Source: a virus
Taxonomy: Duplodnaviria; Caudoviricetes
Reading direction: 5' to 3' (one strand)
DNA: 64,000 nucleotides
Virus record (IMG/VR): IMGVR_UViG_2823715266_000003
Coordinates: 892 to 64,891 of that record
Each line of letters opens with the position of its first letter. The first letter of the stretch is position 1. The notes beneath the pieces were generated by a model. It worked only from the letters and a program-made list of their open reading frames with translations. It did no database searches and had not been told where the DNA came from. Below are positions 29,352 through 38,023 of the stretch, piece after piece. The translations under genes and the position numbers were made by a program.

Positions 29352-30614
29352 CTAGACCGGCTGCGGCTCCGTCTGCGCGTAGAACAGGTCGTTCAGCAGC
29401 TCGCCGGCGGCCGTCATGAACTGCACGTCGTACGGTCCGATGTCCGGCACGCGCAAGTCGTAGTTGCCGGTGCTCGCGCTCGAGGTGGTCTGTGCGGCGA
29501 GCTCACCGGTGTCTCGCCGGTGCGCGCGCACCACGCGCGCCACGGGGTTGTTGCTGATGTCGCGCACCGTCCCGGTGATCTTGTAGGGCGTGTCGTAGGT
29601 GATGACGAAAGGGGTCAGCCCGCCGACGTTGCCCCACATGGCGTTTCTGTAGATCGCCGCCTGCGAAGCATATGGGGCCCGAGTCGAGAGCTTGAACTTC
29701 GACAAGGTCCGCGAGGGAAATGTTGAACCCACGTTGTGTCGGAGGTACACCGCGTCCTCTGAGGGGTCTGGATCAACGATTAGGCTGTAGCCCGCGCCGA
29801 TGACCCCTCCGGTCGTCAGAGCTGTGAAGTCCGTCAAGACCTGCGTGTCAGCGTTGAACTCAGCGATGTACGGCGAACCACTGATCGCCATCAAGAACGA
29901 GTTCGCCGTGGTCGGATGCCGCACGAGCGGCCGAATATAGTTCGTCGCAGGCGTGTACTTGCTGTTCGCGGTGTAGCCATAGCTCCGCACCATGGTCGTC
30001 GCGTTGTAGATCGACACGTAAGGCGACGAATTGCACATCACGACGAAGCGCGTGCTGTCGGATGTAAATGCCACCCCATAGTTCGAGCCGCCGGCTGGCA
30101 CCGTCACCGCGTCCGTGTACCCCCAGGTCGAAGTGTTGTAGACGCGGATGTAGGGCGAATTCCCGTGCGTCACGACCAGCTTCGTACCGTCCGGCGAGAA
30201 ATCCAATGCATAGATGGAACTGAGTCCGGTGGTGGCAACTGAGGCCAGGGAGTGATCACTACGCTTGAAGACGTACAAGAACGGCGAACCTGTGCCACCG
30301 ATCGCGTAGTAGTCATTCGAGATGGCGCAGACCGTGGTGGCAGCGGCAAAGCCGGCGGCCGGCGCTACAGGGTTCGCCATGGTGTTCATGTCCGGGTAGT
30401 ACCGAAAGTTCTGCCCCGACGTGCTGCTGTTGAAGGTCACCACCCCGGCCTTCAGGTCCGGAGCCAGCGCGGCAAATGCACCGCTACTCCCGATGCTACC
30501 GGGATAGCTGATCAGGTCCGAAGATACCAGCAACGGGTCCAGTCCCTGTCGCAGTTCGAGAATGCGGCCAGCGACGTTCTCACCATAGATGATGCCGGCC
30601 ATTCGATGCCCCAT
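29352..30614 (-). CDS. Beta-propeller (WD40/YncE-like) protein, candidate receptor-binding tail tip
   Basis: Repeated SPY(I/V).(V/I)YN and DFSPDGTKL blades; C-terminal ITGTVRD..PVAR.V prealbumin-like domain. Confidence 0.7.
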   Translation of the reverse strand: MGHRMAGIIYGENVAGRILELRQGLDPLLVSSDLISYPGSIGSSGAFAALAPDLKAGVVTFNSSTSGQNFRYYPDMNTMANPVAPAAGFAAATTVCAISNDYYAIGGTGSPFLYVFKRSDHSLASVATTGLSSIYALDFSPDGTKLVVTHGNSPYIRVYNTSTWGYTDAVTVPAGGSNYGVAFTSDSTRFVVMCNSSPYVSIYNATTMVRSYGYTANSKYTPATNYIRPLVRHPTTANSFLMAISGSPYIAEFNADTQVLTDFTALTTGGVIGAGYSLIVDPDPSEDAVYLRHNVGSTFPSRTLSKFKLSTRAPYASQAAIYRNAMWGNVGGLTPFVITYDTPYKITGTVRDISNNPVARVVRAHRRDTGELAAQTTSSASTGNYDLRVPDIGPYDVQFMTAAGELLNDLFYAQTEPQPV

Positions 30615-30626
30615 CGCCGTCCTCCC

Positions 30627-30953
30627 TCAGTCCTTCAGCACGCCCAGCGGCGTCTCGTTCGACCAGTAGCCCTTTGCCTCGTGCCAGGCGCTGTACTCGC
30701 CCATGAGCACATCGTCGCCGCGCTGGCCAGTGAAGCGCAGCGCGTAGTCGATGGCCCATTCCTGGCTGTCGCAGCCGGGCGGGCACGGCGCCAGCTCGTG
30801 CACGAACATTTGGAATGGCGGCAGCGCGCCCACCATGCGCCAGTTGATGACCGGCACCGCCGCCGGCGTCAGCTCGATGGGCTTCGGAGCGATGCCTTCC
30901 ACGCCGATGATGAGCGGCGGCGGTTTCTGCGGCGCGGCCGCGGGCGATTGCAT
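30627..30953 (-). CDS. Hypothetical phage protein
   Basis: 108 aa from MQSPAAAP; SD AGGAG lies inside the GGA hairpin. Confidence 0.65.
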   Translation of the reverse strand: MQSPAAAPQKPPPLIIGVEGIAPKPIELTPAAVPVINWRMVGALPPFQMFVHELAPCPPGCDSQEWAIDYALRFTGQRGDDVLMGEYSAWHEAKGYWSNETPLGVLKD

Positions 30954-30958
30954 GTCTT

Positions 30959-30970
30959 GCACTCCTGCGC
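30959..30970 (-). repeat. GCGCAGGAGTGC GGA-loop hairpin, copy 2 (overlaps SD)
   Basis: Exact 12-mer repeat. Confidence 0.75.
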
Positions 30971-30979
30971 TCCCCACGG

Positions 30980-31387
30980 TCAGACCTTGAAGATCTTGTT
31001 CGTGCCGTTGTCCCAGGTGACGATGATGTCGCCGCCGTTGGGGGTGATCGGCAGGCCCGTGGCCGTGTCGATGTAGGCGATCAGCGGCGACGTGGCCTCG
31101 GTGCCCGTGTCGCGGTAGATCACGATGGCCTCGATGCTCGCGCCCGAGACGGCCGTGAACGTCACGTCGGCGCCATCGGCCGCTCCGCCGGTGGTGGTCT
31201 TCGCGGTCAGCGTAACCGGTCCCGCGATGCGTGCCGAGATCGGGATGTCCGCGAGGTACTGGTGGATGGCCGTCTGCGGCGTGTATGCGCCGGTGTCGAC
31301 CAACAGAACCTTGATGGTGTCGGTTGCCCAGTTGAGCTGGGCTTCCAGGAAGCGCTGCCGCGCAGCGTCATACAGGGTGTTTGCCAT
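30980..31387 (-). CDS. Small phage tail/virion structural protein
   Basis: MANTLYD...DTIKVLLVD...SPLIAYID...TPNGGDIIVTWDNG, a recurrent phage structural family. Confidence 0.8.
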   Translation of the reverse strand: MANTLYDAARQRFLEAQLNWATDTIKVLLVDTGAYTPQTAIHQYLADIPISARIAGPVTLTAKTTTGGAADGADVTFTAVSGASIEAIVIYRDTGTEATSPLIAYIDTATGLPITPNGGDIIVTWDNGTNKIFKV

Positions 31388-31589
31388 TTGCGGCCTCTTC
31401 AGCGGAAGAAGCGCACTCCTGCGCGCCGGTGGTTGCGCGCCCGGCTGGGCGCTGGATGGAGGTGCTCGCGTCGGCGCAGATGGCGAGACGCGCGCGCTGC
31501 CCCGACTTGTGCGAGAGCGTCACCAGCGTGTTGCCGATGCGCACTGTCTCGCCGACGCGGAGCTCAACGTGGACCAGGGTCGTGCTCAT
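31368..31589 (-). CDS. CsrA/RsmA-like small RNA-binding protein
   Basis: LVHVELRVGETVRIGNTLVTLSHKSGQRARLAICADASTSIQR aligns by eye with CsrA [43 protein letters not shown]; ATGA overlap with upstream gene. Confidence 0.7.
   Translation of the reverse strand: MSTTLVHVELRVGETVRIGNTLVTLSHKSGQRARLAICADASTSIQRPAGRATTGAQECASSAEEAANGKHPV
31413..31424 (-). repeat. GCGCAGGAGTGC GGA-loop hairpin, copy 3
   Basis: Exact 12-mer repeat about 25 nt upstream of ATG 31387. Confidence 0.75.
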
Positions 31590-32281
31590 GGGAGGATCAG
31601 CACGTTGTGGTGTGGAACATCCTCGCGCGTGATGCGGCGCAGGTCGCTGTCCGGCATCGGCCCGAAGTAGGCGGTGAACCCGGCCTCTGCCCTGTCCGAG
31701 CGCGCAGGGTCGAATGCCTCGGTGTCGGGGATGCTGAAAGCCTTGTGCAGCGCCCACAGCAGCAGGTGCTCATGGTGTGTCTTGTGGATCTCGGGGGAGC
31801 CACGGACCACCGGCGGCGGCGAGCCGGCCGGCGGCAGCGCCATCGGCTCCAGCGGCGTCCGATAGCACTCGAGCACGATTACGTCGCCAACCTCGATGGT
31901 GCCGACCACCCGCAAAGAGGTGTCGTCCTGAATCACGAAGCACGTCGGGTCCGCACGTTCGCGCCAGCCAGGCATCTCGGCATCCAGCCATTCCCGCGAA
32001 ACGAGCTTGAGCGGGCGCGGTCGGTCGCCGTTGGCAGGCTGTAGGTGCAGGCTGATGATCTCGAACACCGCCGCATGCAGCGGATACACGGCCTGGCCGC
32101 CCGCGAGGGTGATGCGGCACACAGCAGGGTTCGCATCCTCGCGCAGCAGCCGGCCGCGCACGGCGGCCTGCTGCTCTGCGTCGTTCAGCCAGTCAACGAC
32201 ATCGGCATCCGCCCAGAAATAGGGCTGCAGCTTGTCGTTGGACAGGACGCGGAAGCGTCGGATCAAGTCCTGCAGGGTCAT
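31586..32281 (-). CDS. Putative head-tail adaptor protein
   Basis: MTLQDLIRRFR...WADADVVDWLNDAEQ...HEHLLLWALHKAF, adaptor-like; located after capsid genes. Confidence 0.65.
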   Translation of the reverse strand: MTLQDLIRRFRVLSNDKLQPYFWADADVVDWLNDAEQQAAVRGRLLREDANPAVCRITLAGGQAVYPLHAAVFEIISLHLQPANGDRPRPLKLVSREWLDAEMPGWRERADPTCFVIQDDTSLRVVGTIEVGDVIVLECYRTPLEPMALPPAGSPPPVVRGSPEIHKTHHEHLLLWALHKAFSIPDTEAFDPARSDRAEAGFTAYFGPMPDSDLRRITREDVPHHNVLILP

Positions 32282-32721
32282 GGGGCTCCGAACTGGTCCA
32301 CGAAGCCCTTGACGCGATCACGCATCTTCTCGATGCCGAGGTTGCCGGGCAGCTCCTGCTGGAACTTGGTCTTCGTCCAGTCGCGCAGCGCCTGCTTGTC
32401 CATCTTGTCGATCTGCTGGTGCAGCTCGAAGCGCTGGTTCTCCTTCTGGCGGCGCTCCTCTTCGGCCTTCTGGGCGGCTTCGAGCGTCTCCTGCGTGTCG
32501 TCCTTCGGCGTTTCGACCTTCTTGGACTTCGAGGTGGCATCGGCCGCCTTCACGTCGGCCGCCTTGAACACGTCGGCGTGCAGCAGGAACTTGGTAGCGA
32601 GCTCCGCCGGGACTTCGCGCGTCTGGTCCGGGTCGAACGTCAGGCGCGAGCGGTAGATGCGGTCCTGAAAAGGCGTCTCGGTACCGATGTAAGTGATGGC
32701 GACGAGTTGGCTTGCGGACAT
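32278..32721 (-). CDS. Hypothetical head-associated protein
   Basis: 147 aa from MSASQLVAIT; SD GAGGAG. Confidence 0.7.
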   Translation of the reverse strand: MSASQLVAITYIGTETPFQDRIYRSRLTFDPDQTREVPAELATKFLLHADVFKAADVKAADATSKSKKVETPKDDTQETLEAAQKAEEERRQKENQRFELHQQIDKMDKQALRDWTKTKFQQELPGNLGIEKMRDRVKGFVDQFGAP

Positions 32722-32790
32722 TGGATGCTCCTCTTGAATGTGACGAAGGGGCGGAACCGATGGCCCCGCCCCGCTACGCATCAGCGTCGA

Positions 32791-33270
32791 TTACTTCGGG
32801 CCGGTGCGTTCGCCGTGCACGATCACGTCCAGGCGCGAAGCCTTCGCGTTGGCCGCACCGGCGATGGTCAGCACCAGCAGCGCGGGCTTGGGCAGCTTCA
32901 CCGGGGCCTTGGCGGTGGCGGCGCGCAGGCGGCCCGTCGCGTTGAGCGCCAGGCCCGCGCCGAAGTACGCGGCGTCCTGCGGCACGTCGGCGCTGTCCAC
33001 GCCGTCGGCATAGATGAAGCCGAGCGAGCCGGTCACGGCCGCCGTCATCGCCGTCGACACGATGACCTGGGCGTCTTCGAGCACGAAGCCCTCGGGCAGC
33101 TTGTCGAGCACGACGACATCGCCCACGCCGAGCGGCGCGGCGCTATCGGCGTTGACCGCACCGCCGTCGGCTGCCGTGAGCAGGACGGCGCGCAGCGTGG
33201 TGAGGTTGCCGTAGGGGGTGAAGCCGCCGAACTGCTGCAGGCCCAGCCCCAGTTTCTTGATGGTTGCCAT
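32791..33270 (-). CDS. Putative capsid decoration/cement protein
   Basis: 159 aa, beta-rich, directly after the major capsid gene; SD AGGAGG. Confidence 0.65.
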   Translation of the reverse strand: MATIKKLGLGLQQFGGFTPYGNLTTLRAVLLTAADGGAVNADSAAPLGVGDVVVLDKLPEGFVLEDAQVIVSTAMTAAVTGSLGFIYADGVDSADVPQDAAYFGAGLALNATGRLRAATAKAPVKLPKPALLVLTIAGAANAKASRLDVIVHGERTGPK

Positions 33271-33337
33271 GGATGGCCTCCTGTGGGTGTCGTTGAAAGT
33301 GGAGAGGGAGGCCGGCCGGGGCCAGCCTCCGAGGGCA

Positions 33338-34630
33338 TCAGCCGCGCGGCTTGATGATGCGGACAGCGGTGTCGAGCACCGTCACGCCGTGGTCGGTGAA
33401 CTGGGTGGTGTCGCCGTGGTCCACCGCGAAGCGGATCTTCGACATGCCCAGGATCGCGCCGATCAAGATTTCCATCTTGTCGCCGTGATCGCCGTCCTTC
33501 TCGCTCCAGAAGAACGGGATACCGCTCTTCTCGGAGCTACCGAAGGCCTGCGCCAGCGCCTGGCCGCCAAGCAGCAGCGCGCGGTCCACCGCGAAGGTGG
33601 TACCGAACGCAGCCGGCACCTTCACGGTGGATTCCACCTCGCTGTCGTAGGCTGCGCAGTAAGCCAGGTCGTCGCCCGCGTAGAAGCGGATCGCCTTGGG
33701 CATCTTCACGATGAGGATGCCGTTCCAGAGGCCCACGTCGCCGAGGAACAGCGGGTGGTCCTTCGCCAGCCGGGCGCGCGCGTAGGCGTTGGCCTGGAAG
33801 CTGCGGAAGTCCGGGTTCGTGGCGAAACCGCTGTACTGGGCCGGCGACACCAGCGCGACGCGGATCGGGCTGTCGGTGGCGGCGAGGTCACCCTCGAACT
33901 CCACCGGGGGCGGCGGCAGCGGGATCTGGTCCATCCACGAGCGCAGCGAGTCCACCGCGTCCATGGTGAACTGGTCGGTCGTGGCGATGACCAGCTCGCC
34001 GGCGTTCGCCTTCACCTCGCCCACCGCACCGCCGCCGGCCACCAGGTGCCGGTTGCGCGTTGGCGCCTTCACCCGGTTAACCATGATTTCCTTGAACTTC
34101 GGGTGCGCCGCGACCGGCACGCGCCATTCGATCTTGTTGTCGTGGTAGCCGCGTGCGCCAGCGAGGTGAACGAGGATCGACTGGTCGATGTAGTCGTTCA
34201 TCAGCTGCTGGGCCTTCGGCCGACCCAGGCGGCGCAGGTCGTAGGGGCTGCGGATCTGGGTCATGGTGTTGCCCATGTCCACCGGGAAGCGCGCCTGGTT
34301 GATGCGCAGCCGGTCTTCCGAGAACGACATGCCCACGCCCTTGCCCTCGGCGTACTCGCTACCCATGATCGGGTAGCCGCCGATGGGGTTGTCGAGGTGG
34401 AAGGTGATCTCGTCACCCTTGTTCTTGCCCAGGTCGTCGGCACGCACGATGGGCATCGTGGGCTTCGATTGGCGCTTCGCACCCGCGATGGCGTTCTCGA
34501 TGGTGGGCATCTTGCCCGTCAGGCGGTTCAGCGTCGTATTGCGCTGCATGCAGGTGTGGAAGACCCCTACCGCCTGCTGGATCATGGCGCCGGTGGCGCC
34601 AGATGGGACGTTGGTTTTGCTTTCGGACAC
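33338..34630 (-). CDS. Major capsid protein, N4-gp56/DUF4043-like
   Basis: DLGKNKGDEITFHL...HPLFLGDVGLWNGILI...DRALLLGGQALA...DHGVTVLDT; SD AAGGAGG before GTG. Confidence 0.88.
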   Translation of the reverse strand: MSESKTNVPSGATGAMIQQAVGVFHTCMQRNTTLNRLTGKMPTIENAIAGAKRQSKPTMPIVRADDLGKNKGDEITFHLDNPIGGYPIMGSEYAEGKGVGMSFSEDRLRINQARFPVDMGNTMTQIRSPYDLRRLGRPKAQQLMNDYIDQSILVHLAGARGYHDNKIEWRVPVAAHPKFKEIMVNRVKAPTRNRHLVAGGGAVGEVKANAGELVIATTDQFTMDAVDSLRSWMDQIPLPPPPVEFEGDLAATDSPIRVALVSPAQYSGFATNPDFRSFQANAYARARLAKDHPLFLGDVGLWNGILIVKMPKAIRFYAGDDLAYCAAYDSEVESTVKVPAAFGTTFAVDRALLLGGQALAQAFGSSEKSGIPFFWSEKDGDHGDKMEILIGAILGMSKIRFAVDHGDTTQFTDHGVTVLDTAVRIIKPRG

Positions 34631-34682
34631 GGTGTCCTCCTTCAATGGGATGGGCTTCGCCTCCCGGCGATGCCTGGTGCAA

Positions 34683-35714
34683 TCAGAGTTGCTTGTTCAA
34701 GAAGGCCTCGATCTGCGCGGGGCTCATGTTTTCCATGGCCGCGTACATGTCGACGCCACCCATGCCTGCCATGCGCTCGTGCGGAGAGAGCCCGTCTGCG
34801 CGCCCGCCGGGGATGCCGGACAGGCTTGCAGGGGGTTCCGTCCGCGCGGAAGCAGCGGCGGCCGTGGCCGCAGCCTTGTCAGGGGCTGCGGGCGTAGGAG
34901 CTTCCTTGTTGCCTTTCGTGAAGGCATCGAACACCTCGACGATCTGCTCAGCCGTCCCGCCCGTCTTCGGATCGAACAGCTGCCAGTACGCATTGCGGAC
35001 CGCGCTTGGGTGGGCATCCACCCAGGCCTTGAACTCGGCGCTCTCCACGATGGAGTCAGCGTTGGGGTGCGCCTTGTAGATGGCCTCGTAGTGCGCGGTG
35101 GCAGCGTCCTGCTGTTGCTTGGCCTGCAGCGGTACGACGGCCTTGCCGACGCGCTCCTCTACCTGCTGTTGCACCAGCTTGGCGATGCCGGCCGCCAGCG
35201 CCTCCTCCGAGAAGTCGCCGAACAGGCCCGGGTCCACGCCCTTCTCGATGGCCGCCTCTGCGGTGGCGACCATGTTGTCGGTCTTGGTCGGGGCCTGCCC
35301 TTCGTTCTCGCGGGCCTTCGCCTGCGCCTGCAGGTCCGCCAACTGGCGCTTCGCATCCTCGGCTTCCGCCTTGTACGTGTCGCGCTGCTGGCGTGCCTTG
35401 TCCAGGTGGCTGAAGTCGATGGTGTGCTTGCCATCCTTCGCCAGGATCACGGTGTTGTCCGCGGTCTGCTGGTCTTCCGGGATGGGCTGCGCGCCATCGG
35501 GCTTGCCCTTGGTCTCGTCGGTTTGCTCGTTGCCCTTCGTGGGCTCAGCGGCACCGGGCTTGTCGTCGGTCGCAGTGGTGGTCGTGGGCGCGCCACCGAT
35601 TTCCGGCTTGCCGCCGGTATCGCCCTGCTCTTCCAAGCGCAATGCCTGGAGAGCCTGCTCCGGCGTCAGTGCGCCGTTGATGCTGTCAAAGAAGTTGTCG
35701 GTTGTTGCCGTCAT
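34683..35714 (-). CDS. Scaffolding protein
   Basis: Acidic, helical protein from MTATTDNF, immediately upstream of the capsid gene. Confidence 0.7.
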   Translation of the reverse strand: MTATTDNFFDSINGALTPEQALQALRLEEQGDTGGKPEIGGAPTTTTATDDKPGAAEPTKGNEQTDETKGKPDGAQPIPEDQQTADNTVILAKDGKHTIDFSHLDKARQQRDTYKAEAEDAKRQLADLQAQAKARENEGQAPTKTDNMVATAEAAIEKGVDPGLFGDFSEEALAAGIAKLVQQQVEERVGKAVVPLQAKQQQDAATAHYEAIYKAHPNADSIVESAEFKAWVDAHPSAVRNAYWQLFDPKTGGTAEQIVEVFDAFTKGNKEAPTPAAPDKAAATAAAASARTEPPASLSGIPGGRADGLSPHERMAGMGGVDMYAAMENMSPAQIEAFLNKQL

Positions 35715-35888
35715 GCTCGTCCGCCACATATCGCCGTGGCCGCTAGGGACATCCGCATTCGGAGCACTGGGTGAGGCCGAAGCCCCACCCCGTACACCTC
35801 CAGCTGGGGGAGTTACCTCGCGCTCTTTCGAGGGAGGTGCCGGCTCTCACGAGCGGGCTGCTTCACGATCAGCTTTCGCGTCACGCTT
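35715..35888 (-). ncRNA. Structured 5' leader of the scaffold/capsid operon (putative cis-regulatory RNA)
   Basis: Between predicted TSS and ATG; tetraloop hairpins GC-GAAA-GC, GCTC-GTGA-GAGC, CTC-GAAA-GAG, GGC-TTCG-GCC. Confidence 0.5.
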
Positions 35889-35925
35889 GGGTGCGACTTT
35901 GCCGAGGGCCTGCCCTCTCGTGAAA

Positions 35926-35936
35926 CCCTACAGGGG
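35926..35936 (-). promoter_or_regulatory. Late-promoter upstream element (capsid operon)
   Basis: CCCCTGTAGGG-N24-CAAAGT. Confidence 0.8.
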
Positions 35937-36212
35937 GGCGACGAGCTCCGGCCGCAGAAAGATGAACGGCGCCGCGGTGCTCGGGCTGAAGCGCACGTAG
36001 CGCGGCGGGAACATCAGCTCACCCCGCATGCTCTCCGGCAGGACGAAGATGTAGCCCAGCTCGGGCGGCATGCCCTTCGACCGCATGAACTCGCCGAGCG
36101 GCTCCAGCGGCAGCGGGTCACGCAGCAGAAGCTCCATCGAGGCAAGGATCTGATCCATCGTCGGGGGTGGCTCTCCCTTGGTGGTAGCTGTGGTAGCAGT
36201 GAACATGTCCAT
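35928..36212 (-). CDS. Hypothetical protein
   Basis: 94 aa ORF in an operon. Confidence 0.55.
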   Translation of the reverse strand: MDMFTATTATTKGEPPPTMDQILASMELLLRDPLPLEPLGEFMRSKGMPPELGYIFVLPESMRGELMFPPRYVRFSPSTAAPFIFLRPELVAPL

Positions 36213-36220
36213 GGGCTATC

Positions 36221-36550
36221 TCAGTCGTTGGGCACGGGGAGCACCACCGCGTTGTATTCGCGGACCTGCGCAACCAGGTCGAGCAAGCACGTCCTGCAGA
36301 GGTCGAAGTCCGCCCGTCGGGCCTCGGAGGCAAGCAGGCGCGACGTATCGACATGGTGATCGGCTCGAAACACCATTGCGTACTCCACTCGGTATACGGC
36401 ACGCCCGCGCAGCCCCATGCCGAAATCGTCCTGGGCCAAGACAAACTCCACCAGCCCTGCCACAGGCTCCCGGATGGAGCCGTCCAACAGGCGGAAGCTC
36501 CGCAATGCCGGGCGCGCGGGAGGCAATGCTGAGATGCGAGGTACCGCCAT
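36221..36550 (-). CDS. Hypothetical protein
   Basis: 109 aa from MAVPRIS; SD GAGGAG. Confidence 0.55.
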   Translation of the reverse strand: MAVPRISALPPARPALRSFRLLDGSIREPVAGLVEFVLAQDDFGMGLRGRAVYRVEYAMVFRADHHVDTSRLLASEARRADFDLCRTCLLDLVAQVREYNAVVLPVPND

Positions 36551-36560
36551 CGCGTGCTCC

Positions 36561-36932
36561 TCAGGCACCAGCGCCGGAAAGGCGGCTGCGCAGCTCATAG
36601 CCCAGCAGGGGCCAGATTTGGTCGATGGCCTTCTCGCGCGCATAGCGTTTGCCGATCTCGGGGTCGAAGTTCTCCGGGGAAACCGGTCCTTCGTTCACGC
36701 CGACGATCTTGGTGCCGTTGCGCAGCACCAGCACACAAATCGTGACCATCCGCAGGGCGGCGGGCGACGTGTCGATGATGGTCTTGCGCGGCACCGCATC
36801 CCACTGCACGCCGAGCAGCCCCTGCGCAGCCGTGAAGTAGTGCTCGCTGGCAATGGCTGCCTCGATGTCGGCAGGTGTGATGCGCGGCGCCACCGCCTTG
36901 GTGGCCAGCTCTTGCTCCGTCATGGCGTTCAT
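36561..36932 (-). CDS. N4 Gp49/Sf6 gp66 family protein (Acb4-like nucleotide sponge candidate)
   Basis: APRITPADIEAAI...TICVLVLRNGTKIVG...VSPENFDPEIGKRYAREKAIDQIWPLLGYEL. Confidence 0.85.
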   Translation of the reverse strand: MNAMTEQELATKAVAPRITPADIEAAIASEHYFTAAQGLLGVQWDAVPRKTIIDTSPAALRMVTICVLVLRNGTKIVGVNEGPVSPENFDPEIGKRYAREKAIDQIWPLLGYELRSRLSGAGA

Positions 36933-38023
36933 TCGACCAGCACCCAGTCCACAGCCAGCATGTCGGTCTGCGAGGCCAGCCACGGCACGAGCTTGTTGTC
37001 GGCGGTCTTCATGCCGATCCACGGCAGACAGTGGCTCACCATGTCGCTGACGCCGAGGACCGAATAGGCGGGCAAGCTGGGGACCATGGTGTCGTCGTCG
37101 GGTTTCACTCGCAACAGGAACATGCCCTTGCCGTTCCAGCCCACACGCGCCACGCGGCGGCCGGCCTTGAGATGGCGGATGGCGTCGCCAAAATCGCAGT
37201 GCGGGGGCGCGTAGCCAGCTACAGCGCAATCAGCCGTGGTCGCGCCCGTCATGTGACGCATCAGCCCTTCGTCCAATGCCTCGTGGACGCTCTCGCGAAG
37301 GGCATTGACCGCGCTGGCAGCCGCCGTCTCCTTCCGGTGATCGTCGTGCACAGGCAGGCATGTCAACGTCACCCTCAGGCCGGGCTCGGAAGCTGGTGCC
37401 GGCGACTCGCTGTAGAAGGCGCTGTGCAGGTAGTTCCATGCCCGGTTGACGTGTTCGTTGAAGCCAGGGTGCAACGCCCGCAGCTCCCCCATGGCATTGC
37501 GGATCGCCGGATAGAGCACGCGCGAGGCGTGGTTCCCGCCGGCCGGCTCCACGGGCTTTGCACCGTAGCTCATCAGCGCATCCAGCGCCTGCCGCACCTC
37601 GTGGCCGATCCGGGCCCCGCTGTTGCCCAGCTCTGCGACGCGCGTGGCGATTGCGTGCGCGGCCGACTGCTCGAGCTCGTCGCGATGGGAGCGAAAGCTG
37701 CGCGGCCCGCCGTTCGCCTCCTTGGTCTGGGTGTCCTGTTTGGCCGCCTGCCCCTTCTGGAAGGGCATCCATCCGCAGAACGCGCTGTCGGGCGGTGCCT
37801 CGTCTCCCTGCACCAAGCGCACGCTGGTCCTGCTGTGCACAGTGCCGTTCGCATCGAAGACGCCGAGGTTGACCATGCTGTCGTTCCAGACGCGGGCGAT
37901 GATCGCCGCATAGGGACCACCGCTCTCGTTGCAGGCGAAGCCCGATTCGCCGCTCTTCGGCGCCGGATAGAACCAGACGACGCGGCCGACGGTCGGGATG
38001 ATGATGGGGTTCGGGTTGGACAT
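36929..38023 (-). CDS. Multidomain protein with C-terminal DUF2829 (Tad2-like) domain
   Basis: C-terminal DFGDAIRHLKAGRRVARVGWNGKGMFL...PWLASQTDMLAVDW; separate N-terminal PTVGRVVWFYP domain; SD AGGAG. Confidence 0.85.
   Translation of the reverse strand: MSNPNPIIIPTVGRVVWFYPAPKSGESGFACNESGGPYAAIIARVWNDSMVNLGVFDANGTVHSRTSVRLVQGDEAPPDSAFCGWMPFQKGQAAKQDTQTKEANGGPRSFRSHRDELEQSAAHAIATRVAELGNSGARIGHEVRQALDALMSYGAKPVEPAGGNHASRVLYPAIRNAMGELRALHPGFNEHVNRAWNYLHSAFYSESPAPASEPGLRVTLTCLPVHDDHRKETAAASAVNALRESVHEALDEGLMRHMTGATTADCAVAGYAPPHCDFGDAIRHLKAGRRVARVGWNGKGMFLLRVKPDDDTMVPSLPAYSVLGVSDMVSHCLPWIGMKTADNKLVPWLASQTDMLAVDWVLVE

Noticed and set aside
24836-30614. Diversity-generating retroelement or invertible tail-fibre cassette
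   Set aside because: No reverse transcriptase or invertase gene, and I found no template/variable repeat pair or inverted sites
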